A stretch of 64,000 nucleotides of DNA, from positions 14,070 through 78,069 of the forward strand of contig JBDQFC010000008.1 in assembly GCA_040266055.1 (NCBI GenBank). The letters are read 5' to 3'. The position numbers and the translations under genes are program-made. Positions 53,926-64,000 of the stretch are shown here, in pieces (within the stretch, counting starts at the first letter, position 1; the number at the start of each line of letters is the position of its first letter). The DNA comes from Candidatus Nanopelagicales bacterium. GTDB taxonomy: Bacteria > Actinomycetota > Actinomycetes > S36-B12. The notes under the pieces were generated by a model. The model was given only the letters and a program-made list of their open reading frames with translations, searched no databases and was not told the origin of the DNA.

Positions 53926-54277
53926 CCAGAAGATCGATCACGAAAACAAGTGTCGCTCCTGCAAGGCGGTGACCGGAGCCAGCTGGGCCGTATGCCAATT
54001 CCGGTGGGATAACCAGCTGGCGACGGCCACCGACCTTCATGCCCGGAATCCCCTCTTGCCAACCCGCGATGAGTCCCGAGAGTGGAAACACGATGGATTC
54101 ACCACGGTCCCAGGAGGCATCGAACTGTTCACCGCTTCCGAAGTCCACTCCTACGTAGTGCACCTCCACGGTGTCGCCGGCAGCGGCGCTCGCCCCTGTC
54201 CCTTCGATGAGGTCTGTGATGACCAGTTCACTGGGTGGCGGACCTTCGATGAAGTCGATTTCCGGCTTTTCGCTCAT
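53915..54277 (-). CDS. FKBP-type peptidyl-prolyl isomerase (cytoplasmic)
   Basis: VHYVG, FDASWDRG, IAGWQEG, GGRRQLVIPPELAYG; alternative GTG at 54289. Confidence 0.95.
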   Translation of the reverse strand: MSEKPEIDFIEGPPPSELVITDLIEGTGASAAAGDTVEVHYVGVDFGSGEQFDASWDRGESIVFPLSGLIAGWQEGIPGMKVGGRRQLVIPPELAYGPAGSGHRLAGATLVFVIDLLDVR

Positions 54278-54324
54278 GCCTTCTCCCACTGTTGATTGTG
54301 CTTGCTTACACCTAAGTGCCGACG

Positions 54325-54906
54325 TCAGGCTCCCACACCGAGGAGTTCAACGACAAAGACCAGGGTCTCTCCTGGCTCGATACCCGGTGGCGGCGTGTCG
54401 CCGTAAGCAAGGTCACTGGGGATGACCAGGACCCGCCGCTCACCGACCTGCATACCTGGAATGCCATCGACCCAACCCTGGATCAGCTGACCCTCGGACA
54501 AGGGGAACGTGGCTGGCGCGCCACGGGCCCAGGATGAGTCGAAAAGAGCACCATTGGACAACCCGACTCCGCAGTACTCCACGGTGATGATGTCGTCCAC
54601 GGCAGCGACATCACCCGATCCTGCACGCAATTCGCTCGTGACAAGACCTGCGGCAGGTGCTGCTCCCTCACGGACGTACACGAACGGTGAGTCGTCGTCC
54701 AACACTGAAATATCAGGAGTCACGGACGTGCCCGATGCCGAATCGGTCTGTGTCGGATCACCGATCTGGGTGCAGTCGGTCATCCAGAAAGAACCCCCGG
54801 ATGCGACTTGGGTCGCACCCGAGCCCGTCGAGGGATCCGATGAACACGCGACAAGGCCGAGAGTCGCAAGACAGGCAACGGCTACAGCGGTCAGGTATCT
54901 CTTCAC
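54325..54906 (-). CDS. FKBP-type PPIase lipoprotein
   Basis: Lipobox LVAC; FDSSW.RG, IQGWVDG, GERRVLVIPSDLAYG. Confidence 0.9.
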   Translation of the reverse strand: MKRYLTAVAVACLATLGLVACSSDPSTGSGATQVASGGSFWMTDCTQIGDPTQTDSASGTSVTPDISVLDDDSPFVYVREGAAPAAGLVTSELRAGSGDVAAVDDIITVEYCGVGLSNGALFDSSWARGAPATFPLSEGQLIQGWVDGIPGMQVGERRVLVIPSDLAYGDTPPPGIEPGETLVFVVELLGVGA

Positions 54907-54930
54907 CGCTGCAGGCTACGCCACGAAGGG

Positions 54931-56295
54931 CTACATGCTGGCTAGGAGGCGATCGACTCGCTCGTCGACATTGACGAACGGGTCCTTGCACAAGACGGTT
55001 CGTTGGGCTTGGTCGTTGAGCTTGAGATGAACCCAGTCCACAGTGAAATCGCGCCGACGCTCTTGGGCTCGTTTGACGAAGTCTCCGCGCAGTTTCGCTC
55101 GAGTGGTCTGCGGAGGCACCTCCTTGGCCTCAAAGACCTCGGGGTCGTGGGTGATCCGCGCAGCCAGCCCCTTGCGCTCGAGAAGGTAGAACAGCCCCCG
55201 CGATCGATTGATGTCGTGGTAGGCGAGGTCTAGTTGGGCAATGCGGACGTCCGAAAGTTCGAGACCGTGCTTGGCCATGTAACGCTGGAGTAGCCGTTGC
55301 TTGATGACCCAGTCGATCTCGGTCTCCACGCCGGAGAAGTCTTGAGCTTCGATGGCCTTAAGGGACCGTTCCCACAGATCCATCACTCGATCGATCATCG
55401 GATCCGAACGCAGGCCGCGCCGGTCTACGTACTGAGCGACCTTCTCGAGGTACTCGGTCTGCATCTGCAACGCCGTGACCTCGCGGCCATTACTCAAGGC
55501 AACCGTCTTGGTGCCGGTTGTGTCATGGCTAATTTCGCGGATTGCACGAATCGGGTTTTCGAACGACATGTCGCGCATGACGGCTCCGGATTCGAGCATC
55601 CGAAGAACGAGATCCGCGGCGCCCACTTTGAGCATGGCGGTGGTCTCGCTCATGTTGCTGTCTCCAACGATTACATGCAGGCGACGGTACAAGTCGGCAT
55701 CAGCATGTGGTTCGTCGCGCGTGTTGATGATGGGGCGTGAGCGCGTGGTGGCGCTCGAAACACCCTCCCAAATGTGGTCCGCGCGCTGACTCACGCAATA
55801 AATCGCACCGCGGGGAGTCTGAAGGACTTTGCCGGCCCCGGTAATGATCTGTCGGGAAATCAGGAAAGGGATGAATCCCTCGGCAAGAGCGAGGAAGTCA
55901 GTGGATCGATCGACGAGGTAGTTCTCATGACAGCCATAGGAGTTGCCGGCGGAATCGGTGTTGTTCTTAAACAGATAGATGTCCCCGGCAATGCCTTCCT
56001 CGCGCAGACGTTGTTCGGCATCGACGCATAGACCCTCGAGGATGCGTTCTCCGGCACGATCATGCGTGATCAGCTGCTGGACGCTGTCGCACTCGGCCGT
56101 CGCATACTCCGGGTGGCTGCCCACATCCAGGTACAGGCGAGAACCGTTTCGGAGGAAAACATTGCTGCTGCGACCCCACGCAACTACTCGCCGGAAGAGA
56201 TAACGAGCTACTTCATCCGGGCTAAGTCGCCGTTGGCCACGAAACGTGCAGGTGACGCCGTACTCAGTCTCAATCCCGAAGATGCGGCGGTCCAC
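54931..56295 (-). CDS. pafA: Pup--protein ligase
   Basis: [56 protein letters not shown]. Confidence 0.98.
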   Translation of the reverse strand: MDRRIFGIETEYGVTCTFRGQRRLSPDEVARYLFRRVVAWGRSSNVFLRNGSRLYLDVGSHPEYATAECDSVQQLITHDRAGERILEGLCVDAEQRLREEGIAGDIYLFKNNTDSAGNSYGCHENYLVDRSTDFLALAEGFIPFLISRQIITGAGKVLQTPRGAIYCVSQRADHIWEGVSSATTRSRPIINTRDEPHADADLYRRLHVIVGDSNMSETTAMLKVGAADLVLRMLESGAVMRDMSFENPIRAIREISHDTTGTKTVALSNGREVTALQMQTEYLEKVAQYVDRRGLRSDPMIDRVMDLWERSLKAIEAQDFSGVETEIDWVIKQRLLQRYMAKHGLELSDVRIAQLDLAYHDINRSRGLFYLLERKGLAARITHDPEVFEAKEVPPQTTRAKLRGDFVKRAQERRRDFTVDWVHLKLNDQAQRTVLCKDPFVNVDERVDRLLASM

Positions 56296-56334
56296 TCCCC
56301 CACTGTAGGAGTCCGAGCAGCGGTTCGCTTCTTG

Positions 56335-57030
56335 TTACTCGCCGGAAAGGATCGAAGCGAGTTCTGAGCCCTCGATGCGTCGGAATTTTCGGCGCGGGCG
56401 GGTGCGATCCAAAACCGCCACCTCAAGATCGTCGGCTGTGAGATCACGAGGTTCCTCGGTGCCGTGTTGGCCTAGGGCGTGGACCGCTTGCCGCAGAGAC
56501 GTCCCGAGATCCTGGTTGGCGTGCCAAGCCGCCGACATCGCTCCTGCTATCGCCTCGGCGGATCCGCCCATGGCCACAAAGCCGTGCTCATCGGCCACTG
56601 ATCCGTCAAACGTCAACCGATAAATCTGATCGGAGAACTCGTCGATTCCGACTTCGGCGACAACGATCTCCACCTCATAGGGCTTGGTCGTTTCTGTGAA
56701 GATCGATCCGAGAGTCTGAGCGTAGGCATTCGCGAGAGAGCGTCCGGTGACATCGCTACGGTCGTAGGAGTAGCCACGAAGATCCGCGAGACGAATCCCT
56801 GCCACACGCAAATTCTCGAATTCGTTGTACTTACCAACGGCTGCGAAGCCGAGGCGATCGTAGATCTCACTGATTTTGTGCAGGGCCTTGGACGGGTTCT
56901 CCGCGACCAGAACGATGCCTTCACTGCACTGGACAACGACGACGCTGCGGCCGCGCGCGATCCCCTTGCGCGCAAAGTCTGCCTTGTCCTTGATGATCTG
57001 CTCGGGCGAGACGTAGAAAGGAACGCTCAT
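56335..57030 (-). CDS. prcA: Proteasome subunit alpha
   Basis: [33 protein letters not shown]. Confidence 0.97.
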   Translation of the reverse strand: MSVPFYVSPEQIIKDKADFARKGIARGRSVVVVQCSEGIVLVAENPSKALHKISEIYDRLGFAAVGKYNEFENLRVAGIRLADLRGYSYDRSDVTGRSLANAYAQTLGSIFTETTKPYEVEIVVAEVGIDEFSDQIYRLTFDGSVADEHGFVAMGGSAEAIAGAMSAAWHANQDLGTSLRQAVHALGQHGTEEPRDLTADDLEVAVLDRTRPRRKFRRIEGSELASILSGE

Positions 57031-57881
57031 GCCTGATCTCCGATTGATGCACGAGGGCCATTTGGGCGAGCGAGTCGCTCGTTAAGCATGCGTTCGGCTT
57101 CGGCGCCGATGCGGGCTTCGTCGATCGTTTCCACTCCGGTCGCAGTCACCACGCTGATGACCGGGAAGATGCGACGAGCAACATCCGGTCCGCTCGTGGC
57201 ACTGTCGTCGTCTGCCGCGTCATACAACGCTTCAAGCGCCACCCGGACGGCCTCGTCACTGGAAGCATCGGGTGAGAAGAGCTTCTTCAGCGAACCTCGA
57301 GCAAAGGTGGAACCCGAGCCAACGGCATAGAAGTCGTGTTCCTCGTAACGACCGCCAGTGACGTCGTAGGAGAAAATCCGTCCGCGCTGTTTGATGAAGT
57401 CGTAGCCGGCAAAGAGTGGGACGACCGCGAGTCCTTGCATTGCCATACCGAGATTGCCTCGTAGCAGGGTAGACAGCCGATTGGCCTTGCCTTCAAGTGA
57501 AAGTGGCGTTCCTTCAATTTTTTCGTAGTGCTCGAGCTCCACCTGGAAAAGTCGAACCAACTCGACGGCGAGACCGGCCGTACCGGCGATACCTACGACC
57601 GAAAAGGCATCGGCTTCGAATACCTTCTGTACGTCGCGCTGCGCGATGAGGTTGCCCATGGTGGCTCGACGGTCACCAGCCATGACCACACCATCACGGC
57701 AGACCAGAGACACGATCGTGGTTCCGTGGGGTGCGTCGACACGAGAACTCGAACCGCCTATCGATGGCGCTCCACTCAACCCTGAATCGCTCCGCGAGGG
57801 GCTGTTTCCTGAAGCGTTCAAGAACTCAGCGAATGAGGGTGAGCCCACGAGACCGAAAGCAGATGTGAGGTCGAGACTCAC
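57027..57881 (-). CDS. prcB: Proteasome subunit beta (with propeptide)
   Basis: PHG-TTIV processing site, AGDRRAT, GSGS.FA.GSLKK. Confidence 0.97.
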   Translation of the reverse strand: MSLDLTSAFGLVGSPSFAEFLNASGNSPSRSDSGLSGAPSIGGSSSRVDAPHGTTIVSLVCRDGVVMAGDRRATMGNLIAQRDVQKVFEADAFSVVGIAGTAGLAVELVRLFQVELEHYEKIEGTPLSLEGKANRLSTLLRGNLGMAMQGLAVVPLFAGYDFIKQRGRIFSYDVTGGRYEEHDFYAVGSGSTFARGSLKKLFSPDASSDEAVRVALEALYDAADDDSATSGPDVARRIFPVISVVTATGVETIDEARIGAEAERMLNERLARPNGPRASIGDQA

Positions 57882-58078
57882 TGGCCACCCTTTTGCACGA
57901 AGGACTTCACGAAATCCTCGGCATTCTCTTCAAGAACACCGTCGATCTCTTCGAGGATCGCATCCACGTCCTCATCGAGTGCCTCGCTGGTCTCGGTTGG
58001 CGCCAGTTCGACGGCTTCTTCTTCGTGATCGTCTCGTCGGTTCGACTTACGGTGTTCAGCGTTCTCGCGTGCAGCCAT
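57878..58078 (-). CDS. pup: Prokaryotic ubiquitin-like protein Pup (GGQ terminus)
   Basis: 66 aa; [25 protein letters not shown]; Gln end needs Dop deamidation. Confidence 0.97.
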   Translation of the reverse strand: MAARENAEHRKSNRRDDHEEEAVELAPTETSEALDEDVDAILEEIDGVLEENAEDFVKSFVQKGGQ

Positions 58079-58095
58079 GCACCCAGGGTAACGGC

Positions 58096-59616
58096 CTATT
58101 CCTCGGTGAGCGCGTCGATGAGGGCTGTGGCGTCCGGACACGCGTCCAGGACCTGCGCGACATGCGCCGAGGTGCCGCGCGTTGGCTCCAAAGTGGGGAC
58201 TCTCAAAAGGGTGTCTCGGTTGGGGATGTCGAACACGACCGAGTCCCAGGATGCCGCAGCGATGGAATCTGGATAGCGGCGGACGCACTCACCTCGGAAA
58301 TAGGCCCGCGTGTCCTCGGGCGGGTGCGAACGCGCTGCCAGAACGGTTTCGTCGTCGAACATGCGTCGAAGACGACCGCGCTGCTCGAGTCGTGCCGCCA
58401 GGCCCTTAGCTGGCCGAATATCCGCGTACTGCAGGTCGATCAGATGAAGACGGGGGTCGTCCCAGGACAGACCATCTCTGCGGACATAGCCCTCCAGCAG
58501 GGAGAGCTTGGCAACCCAATCGACGGTGCTAGCCACCTTCGCTCGATCGTCTGCCAGCGCATCTAGATGTTCGCCCCACAGGCTCAGGACATCCTTGGTT
58601 TGATCGTCGAACTCAGCGACTGTCGAGCCCTCGCAGAAATCCCACGCCTTTTCGAGGAATGCTCGTTGGATGTCGATCGCGGTCCAGTCACGACCACCCG
58701 ACAGGTGCACGAGATGCTCGAGGTCGATGTCGTGGGAAACGCGGTGCATTTCCCCCACAGGATCAATCGGCATGGCATCAAACGCACCCAAGTATCCGCT
58801 TTCGATCATTGCCAAAACAATCGACGTGGTACCCATCTTCAGATAGGTAGCGGTGTCACTGAGATTGGCATCGCCGACGATCACATGCAGACGCCGGTAC
58901 TTTTCCGGGTCAGCATGGGGCTCATCACGGGTATTGATGATCGGGCGTTTCAGCGTGGTCTCCAACCCGACTTCTACTTCAAAGAAGTCGGCGCGCTGGC
59001 TCATTTGATAGGCACTGATGCGCCCGTCTTGGCCAATGCCAAGGCGACCGGCACCGGTGAAGACCTGTCGGGTGATGAAGAACGGCGTCAGGTGACGCAC
59101 CACATCCGAAAATGGCGTGGTCCTGCGCATCAGGTAGTTCTCATGGCAACCGTAGGAAGCACCCTTGTTGTCCGTGTTGTTCTTGTACAAAAGAATGTGG
59201 TCGCCACCCGGGGTGCGTGCCGCAGCCTCTGCGGCTGCGTTCATGACCATTACCCCGGCGCGATCCCACAAGACGGCGTCTCGCGGGTTCGAGACCTCTG
59301 GACTTGAATACTCAGGATGCGCATGATCGACGTACAACCGTGCACCGTTGGGCAAGATCACATTGGCCAGGCCAAGGTCTTCGTCAGTGAGCTGCGATGG
59401 ATCCGCTTCGGCACGCGACATGTCAAAGCCGCGGGCATCGCGCAACGGTGATTCTTCGTCGTAGTCCCACCGTGCTTTGGTGGTTCGATCAGCGGTGACC
59501 AGATGGGCGTAGGCATTGACGATCTGCGAGGACGTCACCATCGCGTTCATCGTCGGATGGCCGGGCACGCTGATTCCGTACTCGGTCTCGATCCCCATGA
59601 TCCGGTGAACGCTCAT
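58096..59616 (-). CDS. dop: Pup deamidase/depupylase Dop
   Basis: [39 protein letters not shown]. Confidence 0.97.
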   Translation of the reverse strand: MSVHRIMGIETEYGISVPGHPTMNAMVTSSQIVNAYAHLVTADRTTKARWDYDEESPLRDARGFDMSRAEADPSQLTDEDLGLANVILPNGARLYVDHAHPEYSSPEVSNPRDAVLWDRAGVMVMNAAAEAAARTPGGDHILLYKNNTDNKGASYGCHENYLMRRTTPFSDVVRHLTPFFITRQVFTGAGRLGIGQDGRISAYQMSQRADFFEVEVGLETTLKRPIINTRDEPHADPEKYRRLHVIVGDANLSDTATYLKMGTTSIVLAMIESGYLGAFDAMPIDPVGEMHRVSHDIDLEHLVHLSGGRDWTAIDIQRAFLEKAWDFCEGSTVAEFDDQTKDVLSLWGEHLDALADDRAKVASTVDWVAKLSLLEGYVRRDGLSWDDPRLHLIDLQYADIRPAKGLAARLEQRGRLRRMFDDETVLAARSHPPEDTRAYFRGECVRRYPDSIAAASWDSVVFDIPNRDTLLRVPTLEPTRGTSAHVAQVLDACPDATALIDALTEE

Positions 59617-59654
59617 ACGAAACTCGACATTGCGTGGACTCGATGTGTCAACAC

Positions 59655-61310
59655 TTAGAGGTACTGACCGGTGTTGGCCACGTTGTCGATCGAGCGACCG
59701 GGGCTGCCGCCTTGCTTGCCCTGAATCAATGTTCGGATGAACACGATCCGCTCACCCTTCTTGCCGGAGATTCGAGCCCAATCGTCGGGGTTGGTGGTGT
59801 TGGGCAGGTCCTCGTTTTCGCGGAATTCGTCCACGCATGCATCGAGGAGATGCTGGACACGTATGCCCTTTTGTCCGGTTTCCAAGAATTCCTTGATCGC
59901 CGACTTCTTGGCGCGGGCGACGATGTTTTCCAACATCGCGCCGGAATTGAAGTCCTTGAAGTACAAGACCTCCTTGTCACCACCCTCGTAGGTGACCTCC
60001 AGGAACCTGTTCTCGTCGGACTCGGCGTACATGCGCTCGATGGCCCGATCGATCATCGATGCACAAGCCGCTTCATGACTTCCAGCATTCTCAGCGATGT
60101 CGTCTGGGTGAATGGGCAAGCCAGGCACCAGATACTTGCTCATGATGTCGCGTGCAGCTTCGGCATCGGGCCGCTCGATCTTGATCTTTACGTCTAGGCG
60201 ACCGGGTCGAAGGATCGCCGGATCGATCATGTCCTCGCGGTTCGAGGCACCAATCACGATCACGTTCTCCAGGCTCTCCACACCATCTATCTCGCTGAGC
60301 AGTTGGGGCACGATCGTGTTCTCGACATCGCTACTGACACCGCTACCTCGAGTGCGGAAAAGAGAATCCATCTCGTCGAAGAAGACGATTACCGGCATTC
60401 CCTCTGACGCCTTTTCCCGCGCACGCTGGAAGACCAGCCGGATGTGACGTTCGGTTTCGCCGACGTACTTGTTGAGAAGTTCCGGTCCCTTGATGTTCAA
60501 GAAGAAACTCTTGGCCTCTCGTACCCCTGTCTTCTCCGCAACCTTCTTGGCCAAAGAGTTCGCGACCGCTTTGGCGATGAGCGTCTTGCCACACCCTGGG
60601 GGTCCGTAGAGCAGGATTCCCTTGGGTGCGCGCAGATCATGTTCGGCGAACAAGGCAGCGTGAACGTAGGGAAGCTCCACGGCGTCTCGGATTGACTCAA
60701 TCTGATTTATCAAGCCGCCGATTTGCTCATATCCGATGTCGGGAACTTCCTCGAGGACTAGTTCCTCGACCTCGGCCCGTGGAACCTGCTCGATGACGTA
60801 GCCGGATCGGACGTCGCACAGCAGGGCTTCACCGGCGCGCAGGGTGATTCCTTTGAGGGAGTCGGCTACGCGGACCACGCGTTCTTCGTCGGCGTTCGCG
60901 ACAATCACACAGCGATCGGGCCCCAGCAACTCCTTGAAGGTGACTATCTCGCCGACAACTTCGTACTCACGCTGACCCACGATGTTCATAGACTCGTTGA
61001 GCACGACTTCTTGACCAGGCACGAGCGTGTCGGCGCCGACACCCGGACTGACCGCCACCCGCATCTTCCGGCCCGAGGAAACGATGTCGACCGACCCGTC
61101 CTCATGCGCCTCGATGAACGTTGCGTAACCACTCGGCGGTTCGCCTAGTCGATCGACTTCAGCTTTCAGCGCGACGATCTGCTCGCGAGCGTCGCGAAGT
61201 GTCGAAATCAGGCGCTGGTTGTGGTCCTTCTGAGCCGCCAATTCGCCTCGGACCTCGCTCAAGGCCGTTTCGACAGCGAGCAGCCGGCTTTCGGGGTTCG
61301 GAGTGCTCAT
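59655..61310 (-). CDS. arc: Proteasome ATPase ARC/Mpa
   Basis: N-terminal coiled coil, [21 protein letters not shown]-terminal GQYL. Confidence 0.98.
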   Translation of the reverse strand: MSTPNPESRLLAVETALSEVRGELAAQKDHNQRLISTLRDAREQIVALKAEVDRLGEPPSGYATFIEAHEDGSVDIVSSGRKMRVAVSPGVGADTLVPGQEVVLNESMNIVGQREYEVVGEIVTFKELLGPDRCVIVANADEERVVRVADSLKGITLRAGEALLCDVRSGYVIEQVPRAEVEELVLEEVPDIGYEQIGGLINQIESIRDAVELPYVHAALFAEHDLRAPKGILLYGPPGCGKTLIAKAVANSLAKKVAEKTGVREAKSFFLNIKGPELLNKYVGETERHIRLVFQRAREKASEGMPVIVFFDEMDSLFRTRGSGVSSDVENTIVPQLLSEIDGVESLENVIVIGASNREDMIDPAILRPGRLDVKIKIERPDAEAARDIMSKYLVPGLPIHPDDIAENAGSHEAACASMIDRAIERMYAESDENRFLEVTYEGGDKEVLYFKDFNSGAMLENIVARAKKSAIKEFLETGQKGIRVQHLLDACVDEFRENEDLPNTTNPDDWARISGKKGERIVFIRTLIQGKQGGSPGRSIDNVANTGQYL

Positions 61311-61358
61311 CGCATCCTCTCGTTGCTGGCGGGCTCCCTCGGGGGACGTTAGATGACC

Positions 61359-62318
61359 CTAACCCGGTTCTGGCTCGTTCACCTGCTCCGAGCCAGGACC
61401 CTGGTAATCCTCGCCGTACGCCCCAGGGGCTGGACGCCGTCGGCGGGCCGGCGCCTGCTGCCCCGGTGCCATGTGACGAGCAGAGACAAGGAAGCCAGTG
61501 TGGCCGGCCATTCGGTGATCAGGACGAACTGCCAAGCCATCGAGATGCCAGGTTCGCAGGATGCTTTCCTCTGCGCGGGGTTCGGTCCATCGCCCAGACA
61601 GGCGCATAGTCTCGACGAGGCGCGAGAGTTGGGTGGTGGTTGCTACGTAACCCACGAGGCTCCCTCCTGGGCGTAGGACTCGATCGGCTACATCAAGACA
61701 CTCCCACGGTGCCAGCATGTCCAAGATGACGGTATCGATGGTCGACGGCCCTACGGATTCATCGGTGATGTCGACGAGGTCGTCCTCTAGAAGCCTCCAC
61801 GAACGGGGAAAGCCTTCGAACCAGCGGCAAACGTTCTCGCGCGCAACCTCCGCGAAGTCCGAGCGCCGTTCGATACTCGTGACCGAACCCGTCGGTCCCG
61901 CGGCTTTGAGTAAATAACAGGTCAATGCACCAGATCCGACACCCGCCTCGAGCACTCGCGCACCCGAACCCACGTCTCCGAGCGCGACGATCCGCGCAGC
62001 GTCCTTGGGATAGATGACGGCGGCTTCACGGGGCATTCCCAGTACGTAGTCGTCGAGTTGCGGGCGTTGGACGAGATAGTCGATGCCCCGAGTGGACGCG
62101 GTGATGGACCCTTCCGGCACACCGATCAGTGCGTCGTGGGGAATCTGGCCTCGGTGCGTATGCAAGATCGCGCCGGGAACGGTGGTGATAGTGGTCTTGA
62201 CACCTCGTGTGTCGGTGAGTTGGACAAGTTCACCTGCCCCGATCGGTCCGATCGGTCGAGGACCGACGTCAACGGGATCCTGGGGTGCGGGTGGATGAGG
62301 GGGTCTCTTGCGCGCCAC
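61359..62318 (-). CDS. trmI: tRNA (adenine-N1)-methyltransferase
   Basis: MPR.AAVIYPKD, VLEAGVGSGAL, LDMLAPW, RPDHRM.GHTGFL. Confidence 0.94.
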   Translation of the reverse strand: MARKRPPHPPAPQDPVDVGPRPIGPIGAGELVQLTDTRGVKTTITTVPGAILHTHRGQIPHDALIGVPEGSITASTRGIDYLVQRPQLDDYVLGMPREAAVIYPKDAARIVALGDVGSGARVLEAGVGSGALTCYLLKAAGPTGSVTSIERRSDFAEVARENVCRWFEGFPRSWRLLEDDLVDITDESVGPSTIDTVILDMLAPWECLDVADRVLRPGGSLVGYVATTTQLSRLVETMRLSGRWTEPRAEESILRTWHLDGLAVRPDHRMAGHTGFLVSARHMAPGQQAPARRRRPAPGAYGEDYQGPGSEQVNEPEPG

Positions 62319-62356
62319 CAGATGACCCTAGCGATGACGACCTGGAGCACCGCGCT

Positions 62357-62378
62357 TGTCGTGCAGGCGACATAGAGT
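62357..62378 (+). promoter_or_regulatory. PafBC-type (RecA-NDp) promoter of the RecB-family nuclease
   Basis: TGTCGT-N10-TAGAGT versus consensus TGTCGG-N10-TA-N3-T. Confidence 0.65.
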
Positions 62379-62385
62379 GCCCTTC

Positions 62386-63204
62386 GTGTTCCCTGTGTCG
62401 CTTTCGCCCTCTCGCGCGAACGACTTCATGACGTGTCCATTGCTCTACCGATTGCGCGTGATCGACAAACTTCCCGAGGAGCCATCAGCGGCCGCTGTCC
62501 GAGGGACTCTGGTTCACGGTGTTCTTGAGGATCTGTACTCAGCCCCAGCCGCGGATCGCACCGCCGACACGGCGGAAGCTTTCATCGCCCGACGGTGGGA
62601 GCAACTGGTCATCGAGGCACCGGCGGACGCAGCTGTCCTCGCCGAGGGCCTGGCGGATGGTGATCCGTCATCGTCGGAGGTGGCTGCCGCCGTCGTCGCC
62701 CCCGCCCGGCGTCTCATCGATGCCTACTTCGCACTGGAGGACCCCCGTCGCCTTGAGCCGCATGCGTTGGAAATGGCTGTTGCGACTGAATTGGAATCTG
62801 GGCTCAAACTTCGCGGTTACATAGACCGGGTCGACAAGTCCCCGGCAGGTCTCGTTCGCTTGGTGGATTACAAGACGGGACGAAGCCCCGGCCGAGGTTT
62901 CGAATCCAAGGCGCTGTTCCAGATGCGTTTTTACGCGCTGATGTGGTGGCGGATTACTGGCGAAGTTCCCACGCGATTGGAGCTGTTGTACCTCGGTGAT
63001 GGTGAGCGTATTGGCTACGACCCCGATGCCGAGGAGCTTCTCGCCACTGAACGCAAGATCCTCGCCATTAGCTCAGCGATCTCACATGCTGCCGAGAACG
63101 GTTTCTCTCCATCTCCCTCGGCTCTGTGCGACTGGTGTTCCTTCCAGACGGTATGTCCGACGTTCGGTGGAACCCCACCACCTATGCCGGCGCTACCGGC
63201 CTAA
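62386..63204 (+). CDS. RecB family (PD-(D/E)XK) exonuclease with Fe-S-type cysteines
   Basis: LSPSRANDFMTCPL, GTLVH, RGYIDRVD, VDYKTG, Q.RFYA, LCDWCSFQTVCP. Confidence 0.92.
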   Translation: MFPVSLSPSRANDFMTCPLLYRLRVIDKLPEEPSAAAVRGTLVHGVLEDLYSAPAADRTADTAEAFIARRWEQLVIEAPADAAVLAEGLADGDPSSSEVAAAVVAPARRLIDAYFALEDPRRLEPHALEMAVATELESGLKLRGYIDRVDKSPAGLVRLVDYKTGRSPGRGFESKALFQMRFYALMWWRITGEVPTRLELLYLGDGERIGYDPDAEELLATERKILAISSAISHAAENGFSPSPSALCDWCSFQTVCPTFGGTPPPMPALPA

Positions 63205-63888
63205 CGCACGCTCCCACAACTCCAGTAGGCCGCGACCTTCCAACGTTGCTGCAATGAGCGCAGCGCCTGCTTGCGGGTCGATCGGAGCGATGTGGGGAAC
63301 GGCCACAACCACACACCCGGCTGCTACTGCGGACCCGACGCCCGTGGGCGAGTCCTCAATGGCCATACAACGATCCGGTGAGACGCCCAGTTGTCGGGCT
63401 GCCGACTCGTAGGGTTCTGGGTGCGGCTTGCTGTTGGTGATGTGGTCCCCAGCAACGATCACATCGAATGGCTCGGACCCGACGTCTATCCGCATCCGTG
63501 CAGCCAGGGCCAGAACGAGAACCTCCCACGAAGCAGTAACGAGGGCGGTGGGGATACCAAGGCTGCGGCATTCCCGGAGGAGATCGAGCGCCCCTGGCCG
63601 CCAATGCAGGGGCTCTGTGCGCATTTTGCATTCAATGGAGCCGAGCAGCAGGCGACCAACGTCCTCGGGTGAGGTGTCCGTACGACTGCGTTCGGCCATG
63701 TACGCGGCCACTCGCTCGAGGGGTCCGCCAAGGCAGTGCGCTTGGTCGCGCTCGCTCCAGTCGGCGCCCAGCGAACGCATGACATCAATCTCGGATTCGA
63801 GCCATAGGTGCTCGCTGTCGACCAGCGTTCCGTCCATGTCGAACAGGACGGCAGCAGGTTGGGATCCGCCCAGTCTCGACGCCTGCAC
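63193..63888 (-). CDS. HAD family phosphatase (IA variant 3)
   Basis: FDMDGTLVDSE, VTAS, KPHPEPY, EDSPTG. Confidence 0.92.
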   Translation of the reverse strand: MQASRLGGSQPAAVLFDMDGTLVDSEHLWLESEIDVMRSLGADWSERDQAHCLGGPLERVAAYMAERSRTDTSPEDVGRLLLGSIECKMRTEPLHWRPGALDLLRECRSLGIPTALVTASWEVLVLALAARMRIDVGSEPFDVIVAGDHITNSKPHPEPYESAARQLGVSPDRCMAIEDSPTGVGSAVAAGCVVVAVPHIAPIDPQAGAALIAATLEGRGLLELWERALGR

Positions 63889-63942
63889 AATGTCCGGAGC
63901 CTACCCAGAAGCCACAATCCCCCGAGCCGCTAGCGTGGAGGC

Positions 63943-64000
63943 GTGCAGATCACGGTTTCCGACGGCGCAACCGTCGCGTACGAGGAATACCGCGGACGCG
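63943..64000 (+). CDS. N-terminal fragment of a gene, possibly an alpha/beta hydrolase (3'-truncated)
   Basis: GTG 6 nt after TAGCGT; VQITVSDGATVAYEEYRG resembles alpha/beta hydrolase N-termini; only 19 codons visible. Confidence 0.5.
   Translation, partial: MQITVSDGATVAYEEYRGR

Noticed and set aside
52025-61310. WYL proteins, proteasome and Pup as a possible novel defence system
   Set aside because: This is the well-described actinobacterial Pup-proteasome/pafABC locus in canonical order

Overview
This is a tightly packed, moderately high-GC actinobacterial chromosome segment with about 65 CDS and very short intergenic gaps. Most of it is conserved core. In order it holds: gap-pgk-tpiA-secG plus an RbpA paralog; tal-tkt; haem o and haem a synthases; the complete suf Fe-S operon; an ABC-F/enoyl-CoA hydratase/ABC exporter trio; SURF1; dodecin; a TMEM175-type channel; fabG-fabI; serB; the pgsA2-gcvH-FHA-MerR-DUF151-MerR-gcvP block with a tandem glycine riboswitch; argG; rbpA-fxsA-ppm1-lnt; and the full Pup-proteasome/pafABC/tatAC/helY locus. 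I found no tRNA, rRNA, CRISPR array, transposase, integrase or prophage gene. I did not find a clearly new multi-gene system. The best leads are modest. (1) An orphan ABC ATPase and two divergent TSUP transporters flank an Fe-S (6-4) photolyase-family gene. (2) Dodecin overlaps a TMEM175 channel gene. (3) A methyltransferase-GNAT operon carries an AT-rich palindrome upstream. (4) A GarA-like FHA protein lacks one of its two phospho-threonines. (5) Several cis-elements can be read directly: a PafBC-type promoter, a SigR-type promoter, and SufR-like and MerR-like palindromes. (6) About 20 genes have a regular leaderless layout (-10 hexamer, 6-8 nt, start codon). (7) Several usually syntenic genes are absent. 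Many start codons were re-assigned relative to the ORF track. All family calls are by motif recognition, not database search.
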